Shown here one piece after another: positions 51,241 through 61,778 of a stretch of 64,000 bases of DNA. Location: contig JBHLLU010000013.1 of the NCBI GenBank assembly GCA_048938895.1, forward strand, positions 23,831 through 87,830, written 5' to 3'. Every line of letters starts with the position of its first letter. Position 1 is the first letter of the stretch. The notes beneath the pieces were generated by a model. The model was not told where the DNA came from, did no database searches, and saw nothing but the letters and a program-made list of their open reading frames with translations. The DNA comes from Promethearchaeota archaeon (GTDB lineage Archaea; Asgardarchaeota; Lokiarchaeia; Sigyniarchaeales; SOKP01). A program made the translations under genes and the position numbers.

Positions 51241-52178
51241 GTTCCTCTGAACATAACACAGAAACGCAGAAATTTAGAGAACTTAAGCCATTTCCAGGAA
51301 TAAGCTCATCACCTTCTTTTGTGATAATCAAAAAAACCTTAAAATTTGATTTACTTACTCGTAATAGGCTTATTATATCCATAGTTTTTATGGTATTAGT
51401 CCCTGCTCTAGTAATTGCCTTTACTCCACCAGAAGTACTTTCAGGAGATGAGTATTTAGTACAATTATTGGGATTTGTGACCTGGTATTATAATTTTTCT
51501 ATATTATTCCCAATCATTATAATAGGAGCCACAGGTCCTCTTATCTCCGAAGAACTGAGATCGGGCACTATGCTCTTCTTAGTAAGTAAACCAATTGACC
51601 GAATTAAAATAGTGCTAAGTAAATTTATCGCTCTTTATATATTTGGACTAGTGATAAGTATTCTTAGTTTATTAATCATCTCACTAATAGCATTAATCAA
51701 ATATACTTTTGCTGATATCGGTGGATATATTGCAATCTTTTTTCTTTATTCATTGATTATCAATCTTTTCTTTGGAGGTATAACTATAGGGTTTTCAAGT
51801 GTCTTCAGAAGGCCAAGGAATGTTTTACTCCTCCCGTTAACATTAGTAATCTTTTCATTTCTTGTTCTGATGATGTTTAAGCCCCTGTTATTCATTGGCG
51901 AAAATTGGTACGAGAAATATGCCTTGTATAATTTTGATCTAGGGTATCATTTTGCCAACATCTTTATTTGGATAGGTCAATTTTATGATCCAAACATTTT
52001 AGATTATACAGGGCAGATATTTTGGATGTTTGGCATAACTAAAACAGAGGATTATAATACTTATGAGACAACTAACTACTATCCACCTATAGTTTCACTT
52101 TTGTACTTAATAGTGGTTGCTATTATTTTTATAGTTGTTGCAGCATTGTACTTGAAAAAACGTGATATTTCTGGATAA
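51237..52178 (+). CDS. ABC-2 permease
   Basis: ISEELRSGTMLFLVSKPIDR..LSKF. Confidence 0.9.
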   Translation: MSSSEHNTETQKFRELKPFPGISSSPSFVIIKKTLKFDLLTRNRLIISIVFMVLVPALVIAFTPPEVLSGDEYLVQLLGFVTWYYNFSILFPIIIIGATGPLISEELRSGTMLFLVSKPIDRIKIVLSKFIALYIFGLVISILSLLIISLIALIKYTFADIGGYIAIFFLYSLIINLFFGGITIGFSSVFRRPRNVLLLPLTLVIFSFLVLMMFKPLLFIGENWYEKYALYNFDLGYHFANIFIWIGQFYDPNILDYTGQIFWMFGITKTEDYNTYETTNYYPPIVSLLYLIVVAIIFIVVAALYLKKRDISG

Positions 52179-52193
52179 TCTAATCCTTTTTTT

Positions 52194-53090
52194 TTATTTG
52201 TTTAAGCCTGCCTTCTTTTTCATTACATCAATTACCTTTCTCGCAGCTGTAATTTGAGGATCTAAATTCGGATCAGGAAGGTCCAATACACGCTTAAGAA
52301 ATGAAAAACCATTAATTAAGCGTTCTCTAAAGGAAGATCCAACATGATCTGCCCCATAAACATATCTAAATTCGTGTTTAATGTTATTATCATATAAAAT
52401 TCGGTGTAAAAATTCAGTACCATGAAATAAATAAAGCATATCTTCAGTTCCGACCTCTAAGTAGATTTTTAAACCTGATTCCATAATTTTTTCAGGATTA
52501 TTGTTCAATATTGAAGCGGGATTATTAACTTTCCAATAGTTCTCATCAATAGGGGAACCAAATCGCTCCTCTAAAAATTCTTGAGCACGATAGAATTTAT
52601 CTTCTACCTTAACATCTTTCCATTCTAATGCTGGTTCAATTCCAGGTTCAAAAGACATAACTACTCCAAATTTATTAGGATATTTAAATGCCATTCGTAA
52701 AGAACCCATACCTCCCATAGATATACCCCCTATAAAATGCTTACTGGTGTCATTTTCAACACGATATTTTGTCTGCAAGAAAGGTAAGAACTCCTCAATT
52801 ATAAAAGATTCCCATTTTTGTGAACCATCTCTATAATCTAAATATAAAGATCTATCAGAATCAGGAGTAGCAATTATCATTTCAACTGTATCACCTTTAT
52901 CCCAAAGAGAATTAACAACTGGGCCAATCTGATTTTTAAGGAAGCTATTATCACCGCCACCTCCATGAAGAATTAACATCATCGGATATTTCTCATTTGA
53001 ATCATCATAGCTATTTGGAATCATTACTGTATATTTAACAGGACTAGGTACCAAATCAGTTTCAATTTCATATTCTTCATATCTTACCAT
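52194..53090 (-). CDS. Alpha/beta-hydrolase esterase
   Basis: LHGGGG, GISMGG, GADH. Confidence 0.9.
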   Translation of the reverse strand: MVRYEEYEIETDLVPSPVKYTVMIPNSYDDSNEKYPMMLILHGGGGDNSFLKNQIGPVVNSLWDKGDTVEMIIATPDSDRSLYLDYRDGSQKWESFIIEEFLPFLQTKYRVENDTSKHFIGGISMGGMGSLRMAFKYPNKFGVVMSFEPGIEPALEWKDVKVEDKFYRAQEFLEERFGSPIDENYWKVNNPASILNNNPEKIMESGLKIYLEVGTEDMLYLFHGTEFLHRILYDNNIKHEFRYVYGADHVGSSFRERLINGFSFLKRVLDLPDPNLDPQITAARKVIDVMKKKAGLNK

Positions 53091-53255
53091 TATCTTCTCA
53101 TCCTCAATCTTTGAATTGCTTTAACATTAATCTATTTCAAATTCAAAATAAACTTTATACCTTAGATTAATAAATTTTTGATATCTTTAATTTTCAAGAT
53201 TTTGAATAAAAAATAGCAGCGATAAGTATTTTAAGTAAATAATCTAAGTATAATT

Positions 53256-53804
53256 ATGCAAGTCTTGGGAATTATTGGTAGTCCACGTATTGGTGGCAAC
53301 ACTGAAATATTAGTAAATGAAGTTTTAAACGGAGCCGAAGAAGCTGGGGCATCTACAGAGAAAGTGTACTTAAATAAGCTAGAAATTAAAGGCTGTCAAG
53401 CATGTAACTCGTGTTATAAGACTGGTCATTGCGCCCAAAAAGATGATATGGAACCATTGCTTGAAAAGATGGAGAAAAGTGATCTATGGATATTAGGAAC
53501 CCCTATTTATTGGTGGGGTCCAACAGCACAGTTTAAAGCATTTTTAGATAGATGGTATCATCCTAAGCATCAAGAATTTAAGGGAAAAAGAGTTATTATT
53601 GTCATACCTTTAGGAGGTGGACATGAACGTTATGCTCGTCATACAGTTGGTCTACTTGAAGATGTTTTTAACTATCTAAGCATCGAATTAGTTGAAAAAA
53701 TCCTCGCTCCTGGTTTCAATCGTCGTGGTGAAGTAAAAAATAACAAAGATTTAATGAAAAAAGCTTTTAATGCGGGACTTAATGTGTTTAAGAACATAAA
53801 CTAA
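53256..53804 (+). CDS. Iron-sulfur flavoprotein/flavodoxin family
   Basis: GSPRIGGNT, CQACNSC..C, GTPIYW. Confidence 0.9.
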   Translation: MQVLGIIGSPRIGGNTEILVNEVLNGAEEAGASTEKVYLNKLEIKGCQACNSCYKTGHCAQKDDMEPLLEKMEKSDLWILGTPIYWWGPTAQFKAFLDRWYHPKHQEFKGKRVIIVIPLGGGHERYARHTVGLLEDVFNYLSIELVEKILAPGFNRRGEVKNNKDLMKKAFNAGLNVFKNIN

Positions 53805-53921
53805 ATTTCAAATAGCTTTTTGAAATACTATAATTATTCATTAAAAATAAAAAAAGAACTTATTAATCCACGTTTGTAACTAATCGACAAACATAAAGAT
53901 ATAACGTAAGATGAAGTATCA

Positions 53922-54443
53922 ATGTCAGAACTAAAAAAAGTTGCATTATGGATGTTTGGTGATGTGAAGACGTCAGAAGGTTTTTGGTATTCACATTTTT
54001 TACACTTGATCGATGGATTATCTGATCATCAGTTATTTTGGATTCCTAATCGTAAACAGTTACCAATTATCTGGCATGTAGGACATATTGCTCATAGGGA
54101 GTCTTCCCATATTAGATATATTATTCAAAAACATAAAGAAAATATTATTCCCTCTGGATATGAAATATTTGGGACAGATTGGTGGCCGGTTGACGAGATT
54201 CGTAAATCAATTGATTCATCTGAAAATGTAATAAAATGGGCTACTAATGTTCGAAAGGAAAGTAAAGATTTTATCTCCTCGCTTAAAGAGGAAGATTTTT
54301 ATACTATATTAGAAACAGGAGAGCATGATTCAATGAGTGTAGCACACTGGCTTTTTATAACAGCTTCTCATACGGCACTGCATTATGGAAAAATCCAACT
54401 CTTGAGAGCTTTGCTTGAAGATGAGAGAGATTCTCCTTGTTAA
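53922..54443 (+). CDS. DinB-family protein
   Basis: WHVGHIA, HTALHYGKI. Confidence 0.85.
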   Translation: MSELKKVALWMFGDVKTSEGFWYSHFLHLIDGLSDHQLFWIPNRKQLPIIWHVGHIAHRESSHIRYIIQKHKENIIPSGYEIFGTDWWPVDEIRKSIDSSENVIKWATNVRKESKDFISSLKEEDFYTILETGEHDSMSVAHWLFITASHTALHYGKIQLLRALLEDERDSPC

Positions 54444-54457
54444 TATAAGTTCATCTT

Positions 54458-55273
54458 TTATTCTAAACCTTCGACATCTAATGGTGCCCGTGGTGTAGTC
54501 CTATTATATTTAACTGCGGGATATCCTAATGTCATTGCTCCAAGTACAAGACCCTTAATTCCTATAATCTTTAAAATTTCTTCCTTTCTCACAGAAATTG
54601 CTCCTAATAGAACATTCATCCAACAAGTTCCTAAACCAAGGCTCTCTGCGGCAAGTCGACCATATGTAATGGCGATACCTGTATCAACTCCCCATATAGC
54701 ATACATAACATTATTTGGTACTTCTCTTTCTAAATAAAGAATTATGACTATCGGGGCTTTATTAAATATAGTTTCTCTACCCATAGACTTGTAATATTCT
54801 TTTGCTTGTTTATATGAATTAAATCCCCAATACCCCCACATTGTTTGAGAGATTATATCCCCTAATTCTGCAATTTTATCTGGATCAGATAGAACTTTAT
54901 ATTTCCACAATCTTGCATTACCCGCGCTTGGCGCATACCTCATGGCATTAAATACTTTATCTATTAACTCTTTTGGCACTTTTTTTTGTTTATAATTTCT
55001 GGTTGAGCGATTCATCCTTAATAATTGTATAGTTTTTTCATATGAGACCATCAGATCTGAGTATTCTTCTACATCGTTTTTCCAGTTGAAACTACGTTTT
55101 ATTGCATCTTCAGGACAAGCAGCAATACAATGTCCACAAAAAATGCAATTGTTAGTGGTATTTTCATAGATAATTTTCCCCGATATATCTTCCCGAAAAT
55201 ATCTTCTATCACATACTTTAAAGCAAATTTTGCATTTAGAACATAATTCCTGATCAATACCTTCAATAGACAT
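54458..55273 (-). CDS. Nitroreductase with N-terminal 4Fe-4S ferredoxin
   Basis: CSKCKICFKVC, CIFCGHCIAACP, RSTRNY, APSAGN, SLGLGTCW. Confidence 0.92.
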   Translation of the reverse strand: MSIEGIDQELCSKCKICFKVCDRRYFREDISGKIIYENTTNNCIFCGHCIAACPEDAIKRSFNWKNDVEEYSDLMVSYEKTIQLLRMNRSTRNYKQKKVPKELIDKVFNAMRYAPSAGNARLWKYKVLSDPDKIAELGDIISQTMWGYWGFNSYKQAKEYYKSMGRETIFNKAPIVIILYLEREVPNNVMYAIWGVDTGIAITYGRLAAESLGLGTCWMNVLLGAISVRKEEILKIIGIKGLVLGAMTLGYPAVKYNRTTPRAPLDVEGLE

Positions 55274-55322
55274 AGGTATAAAAAAAAGAGTATGAATAAA
55301 TAGTTTGTTTCAAATTCTTGAT

Positions 55323-56165
55323 TTATTCAGCTTGACAATGAGGACAATAGTAAACTTGACCTCCTCCTACACTAAGCTTTTCTATCACTGAATCACAATC
55401 AACGCACGTTGTTGCTTTCATATTAGGCCCCATAGCTGGTATATAATTTCCTTTATTCCCATAGAGATCGACAAACTGAAATTTACCCCCCAATCTAATT
55501 CTTTCATTCATCACTTTTTTGATGGACTCAAAAAGTCTATTTCTTTGTTGTTCATTTAAACTTGAGCCTTTAACTTTAGGATAAAGCTTCGCTCTATAAA
55601 TTATATCTTGAAAAGCACTGTTCGATAAGCCAACAATTATGGCATCTTTTCCAACAAGAATAGATTTTATCCCCCTATTTAGATCAATTAATAATTCAGA
55701 GAAGTGATTAGCAGTAAAGTTATCCTCAAGTGGAGATATAACATCTGAAAAATCTCGTTTATATAGATAGGAATGTTCTAGTTCGCTATTTTTAATAGTA
55801 TATATAAGCCCCATCCCTTTAAGTCTTACTGTGAGTTTTTTTTCATCCCTAAAATTGATTTGCAAATGAAATTTGCTTGGTAGGGTATTCTTATCTTCAT
55901 GGTATGATACTATACCCCCATATTCAGGTCCAATTAAAAGATTTACTTCCTTGTCTAAGGCTACACGAATCAGATTTCCTCTCGAAATAACAGATATAAT
56001 TTTACGATCAACGAGGAGATCAAATTCATTTATATTTGTATTTAAAAATCCAATTTTCTGGAGTCTTTCATAATTCTGAAGATCATAAGACTCTATCTGC
56101 TTTCCTATTAATTCCTTGCTCATCTGTTTAGCAAGGATGAATGCTTCAGGCAATTCAATGCTCAT
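55323..56165 (-). CDS. Fpg/Nei-like DNA glycosylase homolog (divergent)
   Basis: IELPE, H2TH-like region, C-terminal CVDC..CPHCQ. Confidence 0.8.
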   Translation of the reverse strand: MSIELPEAFILAKQMSKELIGKQIESYDLQNYERLQKIGFLNTNINEFDLLVDRKIISVISRGNLIRVALDKEVNLLIGPEYGGIVSYHEDKNTLPSKFHLQINFRDEKKLTVRLKGMGLIYTIKNSELEHSYLYKRDFSDVISPLEDNFTANHFSELLIDLNRGIKSILVGKDAIIVGLSNSAFQDIIYRAKLYPKVKGSSLNEQQRNRLFESIKKVMNERIRLGGKFQFVDLYGNKGNYIPAMGPNMKATTCVDCDSVIEKLSVGGGQVYYCPHCQAE

Positions 56166-56313
56166 TGAAATTACATCTTCTTAATTTTTTTATAAAAATC
56201 TAATATTTCAGATTATTTTCAAATATTTAATAGTTTCATGACTCATTAATTATTAAATTATAACCAATCAACTATTAAGTCATAATTCTATTAATTTTAT
56301 AATAATCTAAAAT

Positions 56314-56826
56314 TTGATACAGATGGCTGTAAAAAAAGGAGAATGGATTAAAGTAGAATACGAAGGGACCTTTGACGATGGTACTATTTTTGATAGTACT
56401 AAGATGAATGGAGGTGCTCCATTAAAATTCCAAGTAGGTATGGGGCAACTAATCAAAGGATTCGATAACTCAGTAATAGACAAGAACCTTGGTGATGAAT
56501 ATTCCATCAGATTAAAACCCACTGAAGCCTATGGTGAACACAAGGAAGGAATGACTCAAAGAGTTCCGAAAACACAATTTCCAAAGGGAGTAGATTTGCA
56601 ACCAGGCTTAATGTTAATGGTTATGGGTCCACAAGGCCAAATGCCTGCCTCAATAAGGTCCATTGAAGATGATGAGGTTGTTATTGATTTGAATCACCCT
56701 ATGGCGGGTAAGGTTTTAAATTTTAAAATAAAGATTGTTGAAACTGATTGTGAACCTGATCCACCGAGTATGTGTGGGTGTGGATGTGATTGCGGTTCTG
56801 ATAACCAAAATAATAGCTGTTGTTAA
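56314..56826 (+). CDS. slyD: SlyD-like FKBP peptidyl-prolyl isomerase with Cys-rich tail
   Basis: YEGTFDDGTIFDS, EAYG, DLNHPMAGK; tail CGCGCDC..CC. Confidence 0.9.
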   Translation: MIQMAVKKGEWIKVEYEGTFDDGTIFDSTKMNGGAPLKFQVGMGQLIKGFDNSVIDKNLGDEYSIRLKPTEAYGEHKEGMTQRVPKTQFPKGVDLQPGLMLMVMGPQGQMPASIRSIEDDEVVIDLNHPMAGKVLNFKIKIVETDCEPDPPSMCGCGCDCGSDNQNNSCC

Positions 56827-56828
56827 AC

Positions 56829-56859
56829 TTTTTTTTTAAATTTTTTTTTATATTTTTTT
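56829..56859 (+). terminator. Oligo-T terminator
   Basis: Three T runs right after the slyD stop. Confidence 0.55.
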
Positions 56860-56872
56860 ATGAAGAATTTAG

Positions 56873-57205
56873 TTATTCTGGTATTCTTTTTAGGAATTCA
56901 TCCATTTTTTGTCTATATTCCCGAAATGCGATGCGACCTTCTTTAGTAAGACTAACTCTTGTCTTTGTTTTTTTACCTGACAATTCTTTTTTTACATTAA
57001 TATAACCTGCCTCCTCAAGTTTAGTAAGATGACTACTTAAATTACCCCAAGTCATTCCTGTTTGGGTCTTTAAGAAAATAAAGTCAGACTCCTTTATAAC
57101 ATATAATATTGCTATAATATCCAAACGCGCAGGTTCATGTATTAATTTATCTATCGAAGGGAGAGAGGGAATTGTCTCATTTATTTTCTCATCTTTTTTA
57201 GCCAT
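56873..57205 (-). CDS. wHTH (HTH_34/MarR-like) regulator
   Basis: IHEPARL, TWGNLSSHLTKLEEAGYI. Confidence 0.9.
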   Translation of the reverse strand: MAKKDEKINETIPSLPSIDKLIHEPARLDIIAILYVIKESDFIFLKTQTGMTWGNLSSHLTKLEEAGYINVKKELSGKKTKTRVSLTKEGRIAFREYRQKMDEFLKRIPE

Positions 57206-57215
57206 CTGTCACCTC

Positions 57216-57854
57216 CTAAGCTTGTTCTTCTTTTGGTAGAGGATAAGCTTTTAAAAACCGAATGAAAATAATAATTCCCCAAGCTATTATTATACTTCCA
57301 ATAGGACAAAAAGTTAAAATGTATTTAAGAGGAGAACCAACTATTGGACCCAGTAATCCTGTAATGGATAAACCTACACCTCCCATAATTCCGATAAGAT
57401 ATAATCTTTCAAATTGCAGGAAATAGGCAATTACACATATAGGGAGTGAAAAAAATAATGTTCCGATTATTAGCATAGTTTTAAATGCATCAAGTTTAAT
57501 GTTTAAACCACTGAATGGTAATAATAGAAAGACAACATTTAATCCAACCATAAAAGATAAAAATATTGTCAATTTTATTTTTTTGATTACTCTCTTCTTG
57601 CTGAATCTGGCGAATCCTATCCGTGGGATAGTTATTAATTTCTTTCCAAAAAAAAACAAAAGAAATGACGATAAATCCCAGATCATTAATATCATTATTA
57701 GACCGAATGTGTTATCAAATCCAAAAAGCTGAGGGATTGTATATATTCCTATTCCTATAAATAAAAGCCCAAAATAAATATCCCATAATCCATCTTGAAA
57801 ATTAGATCTCCAAGCTTTTTTCTCAAGTTCTTTTAATTCTTCATCTTTGGTCAA
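57216..57854 (-). CDS. Membrane protein, paralog of next gene
   Basis: EKKAWRSNFQDGLWDIYFG, PRIG, AYFLQFERLY, FLKAYPLP. Confidence 0.8.
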   Translation of the reverse strand: MTKDEELKELEKKAWRSNFQDGLWDIYFGLLFIGIGIYTIPQLFGFDNTFGLIMILMIWDLSSFLLFFFGKKLITIPRIGFARFSKKRVIKKIKLTIFLSFMVGLNVVFLLLPFSGLNIKLDAFKTMLIIGTLFFSLPICVIAYFLQFERLYLIGIMGGVGLSITGLLGPIVGSPLKYILTFCPIGSIIIAWGIIIFIRFLKAYPLPKEEQA

Positions 57855-57856
57855 AA

Positions 57857-58489
57857 TTAGGAAACCTCCTCTCTTGGTAGTGGATAATTTTTAAGAAATT
57901 TGATGAATACTATTATCCCGATAATTATAATGGTAACACTTACCATTCCATATGCTAGAAGAGAATCAAAGGGTTCTGGTATACCTAAAAGTGCATAAAT
58001 CTCGTCGAGGAAGTAAGTTAAACCAACTAGAATAGCAATGAGATATAATCGGTTAAATTGAAGAAAATAGGCAACAAAACTTAATGGAATTGTAAAAAAT
58101 AATAATCCCATAACTAAACCATATAAAAATTCAGGCATGTCTTCACCAAATTGAGGAACTAATATAAGAATGAATAATAGCACAAAAAAATTAACTATAA
58201 GTACCACAATTGTTTTAGCTTTCCGTGCTATACGAGTACGACCGAATTTAACTTTTCCTAAACGAGGTTGACTTATATATTTTTTGCCAATTAGAAAAAA
58301 TGTTAGCCCTAGACCAATGATTGAAAAAATCAAAATTATATTATAAGGTGAAGGTAACACTGCATCTAGAACTACACCAAGAGTAAGACTAAGATATAAT
58401 ATTCCAAAATAGATTTCAAAAATTCCATCTTCAAACGTAGACCTCCAGGCCTTTTTCTCAATTTCTTTTAAATCAAGATCTTCCGACAT
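57857..58489 (-). CDS. Membrane protein, paralog of previous gene
   Basis: EKKAWRSTFEDGIFEIYFG, PRLG, AYFLQFNRLY, FLKNYPLP. Confidence 0.8.
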   Translation of the reverse strand: MSEDLDLKEIEKKAWRSTFEDGIFEIYFGILYLSLTLGVVLDAVLPSPYNIILIFSIIGLGLTFFLIGKKYISQPRLGKVKFGRTRIARKAKTIVVLIVNFFVLLFILILVPQFGEDMPEFLYGLVMGLLFFTIPLSFVAYFLQFNRLYLIAILVGLTYFLDEIYALLGIPEPFDSLLAYGMVSVTIIIIGIIVFIKFLKNYPLPREEVS

Positions 58490-58634
58490 TTATGCTTCCT
58501 CTTTTTAGAAAAAATTAAAAATATGAAGAATCCTAATTATAATTCTATATTCTTATATTCATACTCAATCCATTATATCTTTTTTATTTTAGAGTTGATA
58601 AAAAAAAGTGGAATAACAAATAAGGATAATGTCC

Positions 58635-60293
58635 TTACTCGATTTTCCTTAATTTATGTAAACCAAAGTATAACAATGAAAGACTGGTAATAATAATGTA
58701 AATAAATATGATTCCTTGCATCAATAGTAAAGTTAATTTAATAGATCCTATCTCAATAAATATCCCAAGTATCATAGGCATAAATAGTAAAGGCTGTAGC
58801 AGTACCATTGAAATCATCATATTTCCTTTCATGTTTGCGTCCTTTTCCCCAAACGCAGGATTCAAGCATTGAATCCCTGAAGCTTGACACATGCTTAACT
58901 CTGCGAATAATAGAAATTCGAAAAAGAATATCATAGACATCACTATCTCAAGGTTCAAAAAGATTGAGAGCAACGTTGTTATGAATATACTTAAGAAAAT
59001 GTTAAAAATGAACATAGCTAGCAAATAAGAATAAACAAGACTTTTTATTCCCCTTGGTGATCTTTTATATACCCATATTAAATCCTTTGAATCAACAAAA
59101 CCTAAGTGCCCAAGCATTATACTATTCATTGCTCCTCCGATTGCAATTATTATTGTTGTTGCAAACATAGTCCCAAAAGTATCATCCCCCATCCTTGTCA
59201 TAAACCAAGAAATAAATCCAAGAAGTCCTACAATGTAAGCAATTCTTGCGATATTTGCTTTTTTCCTAAAGAATCTTTTCAGCTGTATTACTGTTAATCC
59301 ACCCCAATTCCCTAAAAATAATCTTAAAACTCCTAAGAATGCACTGTCATGTTTGGTTATTGTTTTACTGCTTTCTTCTAATCCCCCTTCTAATGTATAA
59401 AATGATTCTGCTCTTTTATATGAAAGATATAGAACTACTAAAGGGATACTGATTGATAATAAAATATTCACCCATATATTTAGAATGAATGGATCAAGCA
59501 AGAGTGGATCAACACTGTATAGAATTAAGTTTGAATACCAGAATGATGGATAAAAGACTAACCAGTTTTTTAGTTCTGGATGAGTTAATAGGAAATTAAG
59601 GAAAAACATTATAGTATACATTATAGCCACCATCAAAATGGTAAATACCCAAATGAGCGCCTTTCCTAAATCTCTTGCTCTTTCATTCTTAGAAATTTTA
59701 TGCTCAATCCAACTTGCTAGAATTGATCCTATTAGATTTGCAAAATAAACAAGAACAAAAACTGAGCTATATATTATTAGGTATTGATAAAAATTCATAT
59801 CAATTATGGGATTTATCATACCAGTAACTACGGGGCCAAAAATTAAGATTGCCATAGTATATATTGGAGCTTTCCCCAAAAACTCACCCAAAAAAATATC
59901 ATTTGCTCTCACTGGTGTTGCTAATAATGATTCCTTAGTACTAGTTTCATCTTCCCTATACACATTATTTAGAGGGTACATTACTAAAACGAGGAACAAC
60001 ACCATCATCAAAGATTCAATTAATAATGCAACTACTTGTTTGAAAATACTAGAATATTCAGTAGCTAATGTAGGCATAAATAAATCAAAAAGCATTGGAG
60101 CACCAATAAATGCCCAAATCAATAAAATTGAGTATAGAACCATAAAAAAGAGTCTCCGATGACTTCGAAAACGGGATGTTCTGAGTTTTATCTCATTTTT
60201 CGCTATTGTCTTCCATGAACTCCGCTTATTATTCTCAGAGTCAAAGATTTGATGTTCAATTACACTCGTGTTTTCAGTAGTTAAAACTGTCAT
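58635..60293 (-). CDS. Putative ABC exporter permease (about 12 TM)
   Basis: Many TM helices, LLATPV..IFLGE; adjacent to ABC ATPase. Confidence 0.8.
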   Translation of the reverse strand: MTVLTTENTSVIEHQIFDSENNKRSSWKTIAKNEIKLRTSRFRSHRRLFFMVLYSILLIWAFIGAPMLFDLFMPTLATEYSSIFKQVVALLIESLMMVLFLVLVMYPLNNVYREDETSTKESLLATPVRANDIFLGEFLGKAPIYTMAILIFGPVVTGMINPIIDMNFYQYLIIYSSVFVLVYFANLIGSILASWIEHKISKNERARDLGKALIWVFTILMVAIMYTIMFFLNFLLTHPELKNWLVFYPSFWYSNLILYSVDPLLLDPFILNIWVNILLSISIPLVVLYLSYKRAESFYTLEGGLEESSKTITKHDSAFLGVLRLFLGNWGGLTVIQLKRFFRKKANIARIAYIVGLLGFISWFMTRMGDDTFGTMFATTIIIAIGGAMNSIMLGHLGFVDSKDLIWVYKRSPRGIKSLVYSYLLAMFIFNIFLSIFITTLLSIFLNLEIVMSMIFFFEFLLFAELSMCQASGIQCLNPAFGEKDANMKGNMMISMVLLQPLLFMPMILGIFIEIGSIKLTLLLMQGIIFIYIIITSLSLLYFGLHKLRKIE

Positions 60294-60304
60294 TTGAATT
60301 TACC

Positions 60305-61129
60305 TCATTTCTTTCTTAGTTTATTCTGTTTTTTACTTTTACTTTTATGATTATTTGAATTTCCAGCTCTCCATGATAACAAATCGTCAATATGGGAGGC
60401 TCCAGTAATCTTTAAATAGGCATCTTCTAAATCTTTCGCTCCAACAGATGCTATGATTTCCTTGGGTGTACCCTCAACTTGAAGCTCTCCATTAATGATA
60501 ATGCCAATAATATCACATAACTCTTCTGCCGTATCAAGAAGGTGGGTACAAATGAAGACGGTTTTATCTGCTTTTCTCGCAAGTACTGAAATGAGATCTT
60601 TAACCATCCTAGCAGCAGCAGGATCTAAATTTGACGTTGGTTCATCAAGAAATATTATTTCCGGATCCTGTATCAAGGCAGCACATAGGCATACCTTTTG
60701 CTTCATCCCTCTTGAATATCCCTCTAAAAGATCGTTTTCTCGCCCTTCCAAATTGAATATCTCTAATAACTCATCAATTCGAGTAGATATTACGTCTCTT
60801 GGTAAATAGTATAGCTCACCGATAAATTCTAGGAATTCCCTTGCCGTAAGTTTAGAATATAAACCTGGAGATTCTGGTAAAAATCCACATATCATTTTCA
60901 CTTTTTCGCTTTCTGCTACTATATCATATCCTCCAACTATTGCGTTTCCCGAAGTTTTAGATATGATAGCATTAAGCATCCTTACTGTAGTTGTTTTACC
61001 AGCACCATTTGGGCCTAACAATCCATATGTCTTACCATAAGGAATTTTTAGATTTAAATTATTAACAGCACGAATATCACCAAAATCTTTAGTGAGATCT
61101 TGAGTCGATATAGCGCATGTTTCAACCAA
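60305..61129 (-). CDS. ABC ATPase
   Basis: GPNGAGKTT, YSRGMKQK, DEPTSNLD. Confidence 0.95.
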   Translation of the reverse strand: MVETCAISTQDLTKDFGDIRAVNNLNLKIPYGKTYGLLGPNGAGKTTTVRMLNAIISKTSGNAIVGGYDIVAESEKVKMICGFLPESPGLYSKLTAREFLEFIGELYYLPRDVISTRIDELLEIFNLEGRENDLLEGYSRGMKQKVCLCAALIQDPEIIFLDEPTSNLDPAAARMVKDLISVLARKADKTVFICTHLLDTAEELCDIIGIIINGELQVEGTPKEIIASVGAKDLEDAYLKITGASHIDDLLSWRAGNSNNHKSKSKKQNKLRKK

Positions 61130-61181
61130 TTTTTTATAACACCTCTTTTTTTATTTTATTTTTTGATTAAATTTTTGATTT

Positions 61182-61370
61182 TTATTTACTATTTTGACGT
61201 CTATATATAATTAGAAAGCTAAGATTCATCGTTATAGATAAATCTGTAAATAATCCACAGAAAAAATCGACTATCGGGATGTTTCCACCAATCATATTTA
61301 AAAATAGGGAAAGAATTAAAGAAAACATTCCAATAGCAAGCATTCCTTCCTTCTTGATCTTTCTATTCAT
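61182..61370 (-). CDS. Small 2-TM protein
   Basis: 62 aa hydrophobic ORF in operon. Confidence 0.6.
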   Translation of the reverse strand: MNRKIKKEGMLAIGMFSLILSLFLNMIGGNIPIVDFFCGLFTDLSITMNLSFLIIYRRQNSK

Positions 61371-61379
61371 TATTTGATT

Positions 61380-61598
61380 TTACTCCTCCATATAATTCCT
61401 TGACTGTTTATTTCTATTTTGCTCTTCTAACCTTTTACGAGCTATTATAGGAATCCAAATAACCGTGAAGCCCGGAATAATCATATAAAATGGTAAATAA
61501 CTCTCCATAATTCCTAAAATAATTAGCATCGCATAGGATATACTCGATATAACTATAATAATGCCAATCACTAATGTTGCTTTCTGATATTTATCCAT
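61380..61598 (-). CDS. Small 2-TM protein
   Basis: 72 aa; AGGTGA SD. Confidence 0.65.
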   Translation of the reverse strand: MDKYQKATLVIGIIIVISSISYAMLIILGIMESYLPFYMIIPGFTVIWIPIIARKRLEEQNRNKQSRNYMEE

Positions 61599-61678
61599 CC
61601 ATAATCACCTTTTTTTTTAACCTAAATTGAACTAATATTGAAATTAAGTTGTTAGCTTTCTATCCCTTTTAATTGCGA

Positions 61679-61763
61679 ACTTTGTATTACAAAGTCTCTA
61701 ATTTTAATATAGGAAACAAAATATATAAAGCTTTGTATCGCAAAGTGTTTTATGATACAAAGT
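61679..61763. promoter_or_regulatory. Three 17-bp operator copies around a TATA box
   Basis: ACTTTGTATTACAAAGT (61679-61695, perfect 8-1-8), GCTTTGTATCGCAAAGT (61730-61746), GTTTTATGATACAAAGT (61747-61763); TTTATATA on minus strand at 61722-61729. Confidence 0.75.
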
Positions 61764-61778
61764 AAAAAAAAGGATTGC

